Notes: generated by a model from the sequence alone, not told the origin. Shown: positions 27,858-39,560, numbered from the whole stretch's first letter. The stretch is DNA of 63,092 nucleotides, filler included, from Atractiella rhizophila (GCA_021432655.1; 6 parts of 6 records of this genome joined end to end with filler, not necessarily neighbours in it); one strand, 5' to 3'. Made by a program: numbers and translations.

Positions 27858-29396
27858 TTATTCTCCCGACTCCTTAACCCATGACGAATCATCGCCCTCG
27901 CCGATTGCGCACTCTTTCATCCTCCCCCTGGCAATCCAAATCTCCTCTTGATACCAGTCTCCAAAGAACAAGAGAACGTGTAACACCGCTCCACTCGTCT
28001 CATTCATCCGTCCAACTCCAGCCCGTACCAACCGCTGACCTTCAAAGAACCAGGGGATGAAGGAGAGCAAATCGGAATACTTTACCGCACAGTAAGCAAT
28101 GGATATCTGTTTGATCACTACGGCATGTTTGAGATTGCTGAAAAACTGGCCACAAACGAGGTTTGAAGTTTCCTCACCACCGTCGAGGTTGAGGTAGGTC
28201 AGTTGTTTGAGCAGTGATAAGTTGAGCGGTCTAGAGTCGAGAGGTTTAAAGTCGAGAGGTCTGGCTGGGATGGTGGTATTTCCATCATGCAAGACAGGGG
28301 TAAGCTTGATTGTGAGATATTGTAGATGAGCAGGCAGAGGGGAGCCTGATATCGAGGTTGGGAGGGGACTCGGAGTGGTGAGGCTTGGTTCAAGGAGAGT
28401 GTGTGGGAGGGAGAGCCGTACGAAAGGTGGGTATGTGAAGAGTGTTAGGGATATGGAGCCAGCAGGTAATCGACGACTGTCTAATGCCATGAAGGAGGGA
28501 GAGAAGGAGGAATAGTCTTCTGCTGCCTGAATGGAGAGCTGTACAATCCTCCCCCTCATCCCCTGCATGAAGTCCTCTACCTCCTGCTTCCTCCATTGTC
28601 TTGAACCCATATGTCCAAAGGTTACAACCTCCAGCTTTGTCAAGCCCCCAATTGCATTTAACACCATTGTAGCCTCCTCTTCACTCCAAAATGCATCCAG
28701 CCATACATTCGTAACATTCGGCGAACCCAAGATGACCACTTCTACCATCTTAACATCCATACATTGTCGAAACTGGAGTTGCTTCCACAAACGTCCAGAA
28801 TCAGCATACAGTTTTAAACGTGTATGCTTCTTCAACGCAGAATGAGGCTCTTCCCAATAGGCGACTGAAACAGCCCTCCAGTGCTTGCAAATGCGGGAGA
28901 GGATGTTCCAATTTGCGTCCCATGTTGCCAAGAGATAACTGAAAATGAAGGAGAGAAGCTCAGGAGGCAAGTGTGAGATAAAGCATCTCCTATCCTTTGC
29001 GATAGGGTGAAGCGAGAGTTGGATAATGCTCAGAGCTTGATGGGAGGATAGGAGGGATAACGATTCATTATCGTTATCCATGATAGGGACAAAATGATTG
29101 TTGGCCACGGAGTATGAGGCAACGGGGACCAAGATTGCCTGCGACCGATTAGGGAGGAGAGGAAATGTGCAAGAAAACACACTCCTTGTGGGTTCATGGT
29201 CTGAAGTCTCTTCACCCTTCCCAAATTGGACTGTGACATTTTCAAGATCAAACCTAACACACAGATCTGCTCTGCAATCTTGTTCGGCCCTGTTTCCGAA
29301 TGAATGCAGGAGATTTGGCAGAGAGAAATGGGATAATTTCGAGGACACATTTGTGGGAGAGTGATAAGCATATCTAAGAGGTAAGACAAATGTGAT
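27858..29396 (-). CDS. F-box plus degenerate LRR-like protein (possibly the last exons of the NLR gene)
   Basis: F-box FISHLPPELLSFIFSYL..LSRICKHWRAVS (~28870-28985), followed by LxxLxL repeats (HLQYLTIKL, LKQLTYLNLDG). Confidence 0.8.
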   Translation of the reverse strand: MTFVLPLRYAYHSPTNVSSKLSHFSLPNLLHSFGNRAEQDCRADLCVRFDLENVTVQFGKGEETSDHEPTRSVFSCTFPLLPNRSQAILVPVASYSVANNHFVPIMDNDNESLSLLSSHQALSIIQLSLHPIAKDRRCFISHLPPELLSFIFSYLLATWDANWNILSRICKHWRAVSVAYWEEPHSALKKHTRLKLYADSGRLWKQLQFRQCMDVKMVEVVILGSPNVTNVWLDAFWSEEEATMVLNAIGGLTKLEVVTFGHMGSRQWRKQEVEDFMQGMRGRIVQLSIQAAEDYSSFSPSFMALDSRRLPAGSISLTLFTYPPFVRLSLPHTLLEPSLTTPSPLPTSISGSPLPAHLQYLTIKLTPVLHDGNTTIPARPLDFKPLDSRPLNLSLLKQLTYLNLDGGEETSNLVCGQFFSNLKHAVVIKQISIAYCAVKYSDLLSFIPWFFEGQRLVRAGVGRMNETSGAVLHVLLFFGDWYQEEIWIARGRMKECAIGEGDDSSWVKESGE

Positions 29397-29503
29397 CTGG
29401 AGGGAGTGAATTGACCGAGGCAGACGAAATAGGAAAGAAGGAAGGATGGACAAGTGGAGGGAAGCAGCGTAGGATGTTGGGGTGATGAGATGGGCTCGTG
29501 CAG

Positions 29504-32500
29504 TTAAGTCTGGTTCCTGAGGCCCCATAGATCTATGTTAGATAAGAGAGGAAGAGATGAAGAAAGGTGCATCATTACACAACCGATTGTCATCCTTGAA
29601 GTAGAAGCACCACAACTTTTGACACAACACTGGGCGACTTGTTCAATTTCGCTGCTCGCATTGGCATATTTTGACAGTTCGATGAGGAGTTCAGCCATAT
29701 TCTCTCTGGCAATAACTTCGTAATACATGCTGGCCGTCTTGCTCAAATTGATTGCTTCCTCGTAAACCTCGATCACATTCATGAACTGATGGTTCTGAGC
29801 ATAAACAGAACCAATGTTGGTAAGGCAGTCGAGTTGACTCTCAAAGGCTCCCAATGCTAAATAGAGTCCCTTTGCCTCCTCAAATCGATTCATTGCTACC
29901 TCTTTGCATCCACGAACCTGCTCAATCTTCCCTATGGTGTGAATGCAATGGGCAAGGCCACACCAATCTTCTTGTGTTCGACACAGCTGCTCTGCCTCAT
30001 TGAAATATTTCAGTGCTTGCTCACTCCTCCCGTGCTGCCTCTCAATCTTCCCCATGCTGTGAATGCAGTGGGCCTGACCTTGATGATCTCCTATCACTAG
30101 ATATAGCTGCTTTGCCTTCTGTAATTGCTTTAAGGCTTCCCTAAACCGCCCTTGTCGTTGTTCAATCTCCCCAATGCCACGGATGCAGTTAGCAACACCT
30201 CCCTGATCTCTCACCAACATGTACAAGCTCTTTGCCCGCTCAAACTGTTTCAGTGCTTCCTCATTCTGCCCACCAAGCTGCTCTATACCCCCTTTGCAGC
30301 GAATACAGTTAGCAGTCATTTGCTGATCTTCCAACAGCAGATACAACTGCTCCGCCTCCTCAAACTTTTTCAGTGCCTCCTCATTCCACCCTTGATGTTG
30401 CCTGATCTCCCCCATGCTGCGAATGCAGTGGGCCTCACCATGCCGATTGTCCACCAGCAGATACAGGTAGCTCGCTTCCTCAAAATGTTTCAGTGCTTTC
30501 TTATTCTGCCCCTGAAGCTGCTCGATCTCTGCCATGCCACGAATGCAGTGGGCCTCCCCATGCCGATCTTCCACCAGCAAATACCGCTCCCTCGCTTCCT
30601 CAAAATGTTTCAGTGCTTTCTTATTCTGCCCTTGAAGTTGCTCAATGGTCCCCATACAGCGAATGCAGTTAGCAGCCATTTGCCGATCTTCGAACACGTC
30701 ATATAATTGCTTTGCCTCCTCGAACCATTTCAGTGCTTTCTCATTATGCCCACAAAACTGCTCAATCTCACCCATGCTGAGAATGCAGTAGGCCTGGTTG
30801 TGCAGATCATCCATGAGTAGATACAGCTCCATTGCTTTCTCGTACCATTTCAATGCCTTCTCATTTCGCCCACAACGCTGCTCGATCTCTGCCATGCTGC
30901 AAATGCAGTGGGCCTGGTTGTGTAGATCTTCCACCAGTAGATACAGCTCCATTGCTTTCTCATACCAGTTCAGTGCCTTCTCATTTTGCCCTCGATAATG
31001 CTCAGTGTCCCCCATGCTGTGCATGCAGTGGGCTTTGCTCTGAGGGTCTTCTCCCGGTAGATACAGCTCCTTCACCTTTGGGAATTGTATCACTGCCTGT
31101 CGTGTGTTTCCACTCTGTCGAAAAGCTGACCCAAGAGCCCTCGTCAATTCGGCTATGATTAGAGATGAATGAAACACTGGAGATGTTGTGTAGGACAGAG
31201 CCTGCTGGACCAATGCTACTGAAAGGAGGCTTTCACAATATGTAAACTGCCAATTTTCTATCACGAAATTGAGCGCAATCGTGGGATCCTGAAGATATCT
31301 GAAAGCAGCCATGAGGACATGTTCGAGGTTCAAATAATCGTTGCGAAATGACAGCAGTCCTATCTGCGCAACCCCATCCCCGAACTGTCGGACATTTTCA
31401 CGCGCCTTATGACAGAGTGCTTCAGTTAAGGGCTCAAGCGATAAGGCGGTGACTTTGAAAGGAGGAACAGGACCCAAGACTAAACGGTTGATATATTCAC
31501 GAATTGGGGTCAGCATGCGCAATCGTGAGGTATGTGTAAGAGTATCATCAACATTTTCAGCCAGTCCGACTTTTAAGATTGAGGTGACGAGCACAGCAGA
31601 ATCTTCTGAATGGGGAAGGCTGGAGTTATTGCCAAAGGCGATAATGTCGTCAGCCAGAAGACCATCAGGGGTCCAAGATAGAAGGGCAAGGATAAAAGCA
31701 CTGTGGTCCTCATTCTTCCTGAGCAGAGGTGAATTGAATGAAAAGGATATTGAAGTCGCAAGGGAGTGTGTATCTACACTATCTTCGGCCCAGAGCATGC
31801 TGGTCCTCTTTGCCTCCCATTCGCCCACCAAAACCGCTAGGGTCTTAGTCGATTCATTATTGGCACGAAGAATGAAGAGCTTAACAGACAAGGCATGGTG
31901 ATCCAGCTTGGCGACAATGTCCTCGACTAGCTGGTCGTCATCCCGGCGATATCCTTCTCCGCCGACGTACATAGATTCAAACATACCAAGAGCGCCGCGG
32001 TCGCTCAAGCCTCCAATCGCCAGTTCTTGAAATCTCACACCTTTCGAGTACACACGCTCAGCCTGATGGCCACGATGTACTACAACGAGAATAGACCCAG
32101 AAGGGCATTGTCTGGAAAAGAAAGCCTGGAAGAATGGCTGTAGGTTATTCTTGTCAGACCGAGCGGGGGTCTCAAAATTATCGAGGATAAGGAGACACTT
32201 GTGAGCATTGAAATATTTTGCGACAGCAGTAAGCTCATCTTCGCTGGGCGGAGGAGCTAATCCGAATACCTCCTTACAAAGGTTGGTCGAGAGAGAGGAG
32301 AACTCGGAGAAAGCGTCACATCGCGCCCAAAAGCGAAAGTCTTCTTCCTTACCATCCGTGGCGGTCCTGAATGCATTCTTGATTTTGTCTGCATGTAGGA
32401 CCTCCAGTGCAACCGTAGATTTGCCGTTCCCTGCGCCACCGATGATAGCGAGGTGCCTCTGGTCAGTAAGGATGCATTCTATGGCTTTCTCGACTTCCTC

Positions 32501-33661
32501 TTCTCTTCCGTAACAAGCCGCTCGAGGAGGTAAAGCGATCTTCGTGTAAACTGCGACACGATCTTTATGTTCTACAGAGTAGAATGTTAGCATACAATTA
32601 CCAATGATGAAGAATATACCTTTCGCCAGAGATAGAGCAGCACTCAACGCTTCATGTTTCATCGCTTCCATGTAAGCCTTGGTACCGTCTACGGCATCAT
32701 TCTTTCGCCCCCACTCCTGCCACTTGAAACATCCAAACCTATCGACCGAGAAACGATGGTAACAATGCCCTGTCCCCCGCTCTTGCATCATCACCTTCAC
32801 CTCGTTCGAAACCCTTGAGCAATCCATGACTATCGCCTCCAATGTTCGCTCAACATTATCTCGAGTGTGGCCCAACTTGATGGCAGGTCTGGTAACGTCA
32901 CAGCCTAGAGACACAAGGCAGGCGATCTCACAACTGGGTCCCCAGATTCGCTTCGCTTCTTCAAAAGCTATTGCTGTAGGGTTGCCACGACCTGGACTAA
33001 AGTACATAGTTTCATCCACGCTGATAGGATGAAAGAAGGAATGATGGGCAGCAGTCGCTCTTGCAGCTTCCCAGACCATACAAGTAGAAGCAGGGGAGTC
33101 CTGAGAGGATAAAGCACCAGGAATATCGTAGGTGCGCATCTCCGCGGAAACGGCGACGTTGGTCTCGTAGGTAGAAACTACAAAAGTTTTACACCTGTCA
33201 TGCCAGGAGGCATCTTTCATAGATAGCGATTTCGCAGAATCGTGAGAAGTGTTCATATGCTGCTGGATGATAGCGATGAAAGTTTCTTCAAACTTTTCCG
33301 CCGAGTAAGCGTACTCGCCTCTGGAGATCGAGTCATTTTCTAGAGAAACTTTCTGTGTGATCTCTTCACATGCCGTAATGCACTGGCGAACGGTCATTCC
33401 CAGCCTCCCGAGCATGAGCGCGATCCACCCGCCTGTTGAAGTTCCGCAGATGAGATCAAAAATATCGCAGGGACGAGGCTCTTCGTCATTAGGCACATCG
33501 AGAAGATGTGCAACGTGCATCATGATTGTTTCCAGCATGTACGCCTGAGAGAAGGAGCGCATGTCCCCACTATCGATGGAAAGGATCCGCAATCCCTTGG
33601 GATTCACTTTCTTGATGGTCTCAGGGACCTTGAAGATCTTGACAGAATGATCTGCAGACAT
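29504..33661 (-). CDS. Fungal NLR: patatin-like domain, NB-ARC/STAND ATPase, TPR repeats
   Basis: Patatin LRILSID..FDLICGTSTGG..WEAARAT; Walker A GGAGNGKST (~32412-32440); Walker B LLILDNFET; LDHHAL at the GxP position; RMLTPIREY; 40-aa TPR-like repeats. In-frame 48-nt intron at 32619-32572. Confidence 0.92.
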   Translation of the reverse strand: MSADHSVKIFKVPETIKKVNPKGLRILSIDSGDMRSFSQAYMLETIMMHVAHLLDVPNDEEPRPCDIFDLICGTSTGGWIALMLGRLGMTVRQCITACEEITQKVSLENDSISRGEYAYSAEKFEETFIAIIQQHMNTSHDSAKSLSMKDASWHDRCKTFVVSTYETNVAVSAEMRTYDIPGALSSQDSPASTCMVWEAARATAAHHSFFHPISVDETMYFSPGRGNPTAIAFEEAKRIWGPSCEIACLVSLGCDVTRPAIKLGHTRDNVERTLEAIVMDCSRVSNEVKVMMQERGTGHCYHRFSVDRFGCFKWQEWGRKNDAVDGTKAYMEAMKHEALSAALSLAKGIFFIIGNCMLTFYSVEHKDRVAVYTKIALPPRAACYGREEEVEKAIECILTDQRHLAIIGGAGNGKSTVALEVLHADKIKNAFRTATDGKEEDFRFWARCDAFSEFSSLSTNLCKEVFGLAPPPSEDELTAVAKYFNAHKCLLILDNFETPARSDKNNLQPFFQAFFSRQCPSGSILVVVHRGHQAERVYSKGVRFQELAIGGLSDRGALGMFESMYVGGEGYRRDDDQLVEDIVAKLDHHALSVKLFILRANNESTKTLAVLVGEWEAKRTSMLWAEDSVDTHSLATSISFSFNSPLLRKNEDHSAFILALLSWTPDGLLADDIIAFGNNSSLPHSEDSAVLVTSILKVGLAENVDDTLTHTSRLRMLTPIREYINRLVLGPVPPFKVTALSLEPLTEALCHKARENVRQFGDGVAQIGLLSFRNDYLNLEHVLMAAFRYLQDPTIALNFVIENWQFTYCESLLSVALVQQALSYTTSPVFHSSLIIAELTRALGSAFRQSGNTRQAVIQFPKVKELYLPGEDPQSKAHCMHSMGDTEHYRGQNEKALNWYEKAMELYLLVEDLHNQAHCICSMAEIEQRCGRNEKALKWYEKAMELYLLMDDLHNQAYCILSMGEIEQFCGHNEKALKWFEEAKQLYDVFEDRQMAANCIRCMGTIEQLQGQNKKALKHFEEARERYLLVEDRHGEAHCIRGMAEIEQLQGQNKKALKHFEEASYLYLLVDNRHGEAHCIRSMGEIRQHQGWNEEALKKFEEAEQLYLLLEDQQMTANCIRCKGGIEQLGGQNEEALKQFERAKSLYMLVRDQGGVANCIRGIGEIEQRQGRFREALKQLQKAKQLYLVIGDHQGQAHCIHSMGKIERQHGRSEQALKYFNEAEQLCRTQEDWCGLAHCIHTIGKIEQVRGCKEVAMNRFEEAKGLYLALGAFESQLDCLTNIGSVYAQNHQFMNVIEVYEEAINLSKTASMYYEVIARENMAELLIELSKYANASSEIEQVAQCCVKSCGASTSRMTIGCVMMHLSSSLPLLSNIDLWGLRNQT
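29830..31040 (-). repeat. Array of ~10 conserved 120-bp TPR-coding units
   Basis: 120-bp period visible in the DNA (gaatgcagtgggcc at 30061, 30421, 30541). Protein unit AHCIxSMGEIEQxxGxNEKALKxFEEAxxLYLLxED. Confidence 0.92.
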
Positions 33662-34450
33662 ATCGGCGGCAGTAAAGGGTTAGATTGCAAGGCGATCGTT
33701 GACATCCAGGGTCGGAAGCGTCAATAGTGACAAAAATTTGAAGGAAGAAGAAAAATGCGTGAGTTCGAATGGGTCCTAGCACCAATTTCATCAGCATCCA
33801 TGGTTTGCAGGTAATCTTCAAAAGCATAGCATGTTGGCGTGTTCATCAATCAAACCGTTTTGTCGTCCAATTATTTCCCATCTGCGTATTTCATGCATAC
33901 CACAACTAATATTCTCCACAAAGAGACGTCGAGGCCATTTGGAATCCATTCCTCCTCAACGCGTACGTTCACTGTGACAGATGAAACTTGAGATCGCGAA
34001 CAGACTGCTCCGCTTCGACCTCTATAAAGAAGTTCAACGGTAGTCAGGCGTTTATTAAGATCGCTCCCACTTGCATCCCTTTCCGCCATAAAAGGAGAAT
34101 ACTGACAGAGGAACTACTTTCCGTGCTCGCCAACTGAAATATACTCTCCGAATCACTTGAATATTTGAGATGACGGTTTTCCTTAACAAACAAAACTGTC
34201 GTCGTCGATTGTTGAAGCTAGTTTGCTTCGCGTAGCGTGAGCACCTCAAACGTTCGCGGTCGAAGGGTGAATTTGGAACTCTGATATGAGTCATGTTCTT
34301 CACCATGACTCCTTGGCAATTTTGCAACAGTGGTATCCAGCTATTGTATCCAGGGCTATTCCTATCTCATCTCTATCTCTGATATTTGGACGCGAAACAA
34401 ATGTTTTCGTAAACATTATAATACACGTCTTATATTTTGTCGAAAGCGCA

Positions 34451-37400
34451 ATGAAGCGTCTCTCCAGCTTCCTCCACGCGTCGACCAGCGCCATCCACAG
34501 TAGCACATCAACGGCAATGTATACCTATGGAACGTTCCATTCCTCCTCCCTCGCTTCCTTACATTCCTCACCAGTTCCGTCATCCAACACCAGCCTCGCT
34601 CCAACGCCGACCTCCCTCCCCAGTCAGGTATCTGCTCCTCCCGTTTCTTCGCTGGGCCACATGGCCGCCATTGGTAGCAGTAGAAGAGGAAGAGGCGGAC
34701 GGCGTACTAGTAGGATGGTCAGGGGTGGATTCGTTGGGAGGATTACCGGAGAACGAAGTAGAAGTGGGATTGGGAGAAGACAGGAAAACGAAGATGAAAA
34801 GGAAAATGAAAATAAAATCGGAGATGGGAGTGCAATTGGAGAAGGAGGAAAGCTTGGAAGCGTACGACAAGACATCCAACACCTCATCCACCGCATCATG
34901 GGCGACCTGCGCGATCTTCGGCAGATAGAGAAACAGCTTCGATCCGAGGCAAGGGCTATGAGGTCGTTCTTGAGGCTTGCGGTTCATGCTGTGGAGCGCG
35001 GGCGTGAGGAAGGTCGTATCGAACGTAGTAAAGAAAAGGCGGCGCTGGAGGAGGAGGGAAGTGGAGTGAAGGAGGTAAAGTGGAGAGCTGAAGGCCTTTC
35101 GTCGTATCGCGCTTTTGGTACGGGTATCAATTCGCTCGCTCCTTCATCGCAAGCACCATCAACATCACCCTCAGCATCAGCATCAACATCGGTACCACCT
35201 CCCACGCAATATCAAAACAGACAATTGGCGGAAGGAGAAGACGCGGAAGAAATAAGAGAAAGCGACGACTATAAAGAGTACGAAGAAGCGGTGCTCAAGA
35301 AAATAGCCAAACTGAGGAAGCAGATAGTGGTGTTGGAGGGGAAGATAGTGGCGCCGGAGAAGGACAGGAGGATACAGAGGCTGAGGGGTCGGATCTTCAC
35401 GCTGCAGAGCAGGTTGAAGCCGGAGTCTTGGAGGAGTAGGAAAGCGCTGCGGGAGAAGAGAATGTTTGTCCTCCTTTCTTTCTCACTTTCTCTCTCCTCT
35501 TCAAACTGAGAGAATTTAACTCCACATGTTGGTTGGTTGATTAGGTCCCTATTCAAGGCTGTTCAAACAGGTACGGTATTGATGGACAATGCGAGTACGA
35601 GCCATAGCCATGAAGACGACGCTTCAACTTCCCTTGCTGAGGCCGTACGGATGTCCGAACAACAGTCGTCTACAGACCGCTTCAACGCGCCCAAAACTTC
35701 CATAGCCGACTTCCACTTGGGCACTGAGGCGACCCTGCATCCCTCCTACCTAGCCACCCCCTCCACCTCTTCGGAAATTGGGCACCAATCAGGCGTGGCG
35801 CAACAACAGCAAGGAGAGGGTTATCCCATGGCTGCGAGCTTCTTGTTTGAGCTGTCGAAGCAGATGCTGAGTGTGAAGGGAGTGGACGGAGAGACGGAGA
35901 CGGGATCGCATCCGAGGGCAGGGAAGCAGAAGCGGGAACGCAATGGTAGTGCTCTCGCAAGTTCTATATCAGAGGACCCAGCATCTTCGTCTCTCCCGCC
36001 GCTAGCTCCAGGGATGGAATTTCAAAAGGCCACTATATCCCGAACGAACGGCAATAGCACCAACAAGAGGCTGGAGCCACTCTCGCTCGAACCCCTTCTT
36101 CCCCATCCCAACTTCCCCACCCTCCCTCGCCTCAAGCATGCCCTCGAGCGCTGCCTCACCAATCCCGGCTTGCACATGCTCGTCGACCCGAGGACTGGTG
36201 TGAAGAACTTTGATATCCCGGTAGAGATACCGCCGCTCGAGACGTCGATTGGGACGTCATTGGATCCTTCACCAAACCATCTTGCGACAAGAAACTGCTG
36301 CAGCTCCTCGACCTCGTCCCGGTCGGCTGTCCGTCAGAACGGGAAGCTGGAGCGGGAGCAGGAGCAGACTCGCAATCTAAAGAGCACACGCACCAGGAAG
36401 CAGGGCCGATGTTCGTCTCGTCGACGAGCCAGGTCGGAGGACCTCTCGAACAGATCTTCATATCACTCAGTAGGGCCGGACCGAACTATTCCATGTTGAA
36501 ACATGCCTCGTTTAGGGAATCGAAGACGCCGTTTGGGAGTGGAGCGTTGAAGCCGGCGGCGGTGGAGTTGGTGTGGATCAAATCTGGCGGAGAGGGAGAG
36601 GGTGGAGGGAGGTACGCTGTGATGCGGCGAAGTGGGACACGGAGAGGGATGCGGATGCTATGCCGGGTGTTCATTGGTTCAATATGCTCTCTAAATTTGT
36701 CAGTTTCCTTTCTTCGATCAGTCTTCGTAGGTCTCAAATCTAGGGTCTTTTAGGGCACCCTAGGTGAAGCTCTCTTGACTTCAGAGGGACAAATTCGATG
36801 ATTATCTGCTCACCCGCCCGAAGGAGAAGCAACCAGAGAAGCTGGAACATGTATACCACTATTCTAGAGTGCGCTCATTCTCCCTCCTCTTCTTCTCTTG
36901 GGCAATCGCAGACTGATAAAATTGACGACAGGTGGACGGCTCATTGTTCGCTCACAGCTCGATAGTTGGAATCCGAACTTGCCCAAGGCCGCTTTCGACG
37001 TTAAAACGCGGGCTGTGATGCCTTTGCGAATAGACCCAATGAACTACCAGGTTCGTCCTTTATCTTCATCCCTCTTTTCCCTTCTCTCTGATCCGTTGCG
37101 ACGATATAGACCGGAATGTATTACCGCCTGGCGACGCGCGAGGGCGAGCTTGAATCATTTGAGCGAGAATACTTTGATCTCATCCGGAACGCCTTCCTCA
37201 AATACTCCTTTCAAGCCCCGTCTTGGGAATATGGATGGCATCTTTTGTGCGCATCATAATGGAAAACGGTGGTTTGGGTTTCAGTATATACCTCTCGAGG
37301 ATATGGACGCTGCTACCTGTGGGAGCGTGCAGCAGGCTGAGCAGGCTTTTGGACTCTGTACTGCGCTGTTGGAGAGGGTGTTGGTGGAGGCGACGGCGAT

Positions 37401-38395
37401 GTTTCCGAGAGAAGTGCGTACCTCATCTTCTCCTCCAAAAGCTGTAACTGATCCTCCTTTTGACTTGGCGATAGAACGTGAGACTGGTCTTCGACGGGAC
37501 AGGTAACCGTTTGGCGGTCTTCGTCAATCCGAGTTCAGATCCTGACAAACGAGTATGTATGCGGATCAAAACCGAGTCCTACCTCAACGGGCGCCACGTC
37601 GGTCGAGATGTCTCCTTCACTAATTTTGCAGACGGGGGTTCGCTGGATGGGATCGAGTGGACGGTGAAGATGAGCATTGAGGTGGAGAGTGAGGTTAAAA
37701 CGGTGAAAAGGCGACATGATCTGATGCTCGATAAAGTCGCAAGATCTCACTTTTTGCCTCCGGATCTGTTGGATGAGGAGGTGGAGATGGCGCTTGAAGG
37801 TGTGGAGGAGCAGGTGTGGATTGGGACGAGGGAGAAGAGGAATAGGATAATGCTTCTGTGCGTCTTCTTTTCACTTCTTTTTTCTATATGCAAGATTCAC
37901 GCTGATGTCGATGCCTGTAACGGTTCAAGTCCTGGACACAGTTATACCAACGACCCGCCACGTATGGTCCACGAAATTCGACAGCTATCTCTGAAAGCCT
38001 ACAATCAGGCAACGGGGAAGAAGAACGAGATTGTGGATCCGGACATGGAGAGGGAACTCCCACCTCACCTAGCCTATAAGGCTGCTTCCCGCTCATCTGA
38101 CAGTCCTCCACCTGTCTCAACCTCCAGTCAAAACGAAAAGGTACCTTCTCCTTCAACTGACAATGCGGCATCCAACATCGGGTCGTCGTCTGCACATCGT
38201 GATGCCTCGACAGGCTCTTTCGAATCCTCAGTTGCTACTGAGGACATATCATCCTCCTCTTCCCACAACGAAAACGTTACTGATTCGGATCAAGTAACTC
38301 CACTCTCCCCCCCTGCAAATGCCGACACTAGTCAAGAACCGACGAAATCGAGCACTGTTTCCTCTTGGTTAGAAAAAATATCGCGGCTGCGATAG
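34451..38395 (+). CDS. PET127: Mitochondrial 5' RNA processing protein Pet127 (two apparent 1-nt frameshifts)
   Basis: Presequence-like N-terminus. NPGLHMLVDPRTGVKNF, FVSSTS, IVRSQLD..FDVKTRAV, SFEREYFDLIRNAFLKYSFQ.RLGNMDGIF..HN..FGFQYIPL. Frame breaks at ~36240 and 37216-37219. Confidence 0.88.
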
Positions 38396-38780
38396 ACTTA
38401 GATTCGCTTTCAATTATGAGCGAAACGATTCGTTTTTTTACAACTAACTTATTTCGAGCTGCAACTCAGTTTTTGGTAGACATTCCTCTATACTACGTAG
38501 TAGATAAAGCACATTAGCATTAGTATAGTAGATATTTAAACAGTAATTGAGTAAATGGCAACTCCCCTCTGTCATCTCAGCAGTACTAAACGCTTCAGCC
38601 TCTTTCTAGATATCACCAGCTTGCTATTGCTAAAGGCTATAGCGTGAAAGCAAGGATAAAATAAGCCAAAGCGACAGAAATCATGTTGAGATCACGTTGT
38701 TTGCAAACCGGGAAGTGGTCACGTCCAGCAAAGCAAACGACCAGAAACGACGATTGGTGTGGTGAGCCACTCCCTCTATT

Positions 38781-39560
38781 ATGGTATGATTGTGCTGTTT
38801 CCCTGACAAGACAACTTCAGGTGTCCTTCCCTGCGCCAACCTCACCCCCACACATCTACCTCAACTCCCTCCTTGCCCCGTCATCGACCCTCCACTCGCT
38901 CGACTCCACCCTCTCCTCCCTGTCTGCCCATCTCGCCCACACCCACTCCACGCTCAACGCCACACTCGACAACACGCTCGAGTCCATCCAGCGCTCCCTC
39001 CCGCGCGTCGAGAAGTTCGACATCGAGATATTCAGGGAAAATGTCAAGTCGCTCGAGGCTGTCATCGAACAGCTTCAGTCCAAAGGCGCTTTTCCATCTT
39101 CGAATGGGACTGGATCTGGCTTAGGAAAAGGAGGAGGTATAAATCAGGTCCTTTCGCAGCTCTCGTTGCTCTCAACGCTCAACTCTCGCCTGACACTCAC
39201 GAGGGAAATTCAACGCGAAGCTTCGTCTTGGTCCACTCTGGAGAGTGAGGTGACGGGGTTGATTGGGGAGGGAGAGTATTTGAAGGCTGCTGAGAGGCTG
39301 GAGGAGGTGAGCTCTACCAGTAATTCTTCTGCGGCCGCCTTGGGTGTGGGAGTGGGAGGTGCGAAGGAAGAAGAGCGGCTGTCGATCCTCACTTCGCTCA
39401 AGAACCAGCTCGAGGCTTCTGTCTCCTCTGCCCTCGTCACCGCCGCCTCCGATACTCCTCCTTCGTCGAATGTTGGTGTCGGTGGAGCTGGAGTGGAGAA
39501 GCTAAGCGAATCGAGCATCAATCTACTCAAGACATACTTCTCCATCTTCCTCCGCATAGG
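38781..39560 (+). CDS. COG7: Conserved oligomeric Golgi complex subunit 7, 5' part
   Basis: IQRSLPRV..DI, REASSWSTLESEVTGLI..YLKAAERL, RLSILTSLKNQLEASVSSALV. Cut by contig edge; start uncertain. Confidence 0.8.

Noticed and set aside
33662..34450. Amyloid-signalling motif or adjacent cell-death effector for the NLR
   Set aside because: No HET-s, sigma or PP-like motif or HeLo/gasdermin-like ORF seen. The upstream neighbour is PET127.
36235..37220. PET127 as a pseudogene or programmed frameshift
   Set aside because: Only single-base indels, one in a C-run, with all motifs conserved. A similar homopolymer slip occurs at 50361-50365, so sequencing error is more likely. Reads are needed to settle it.
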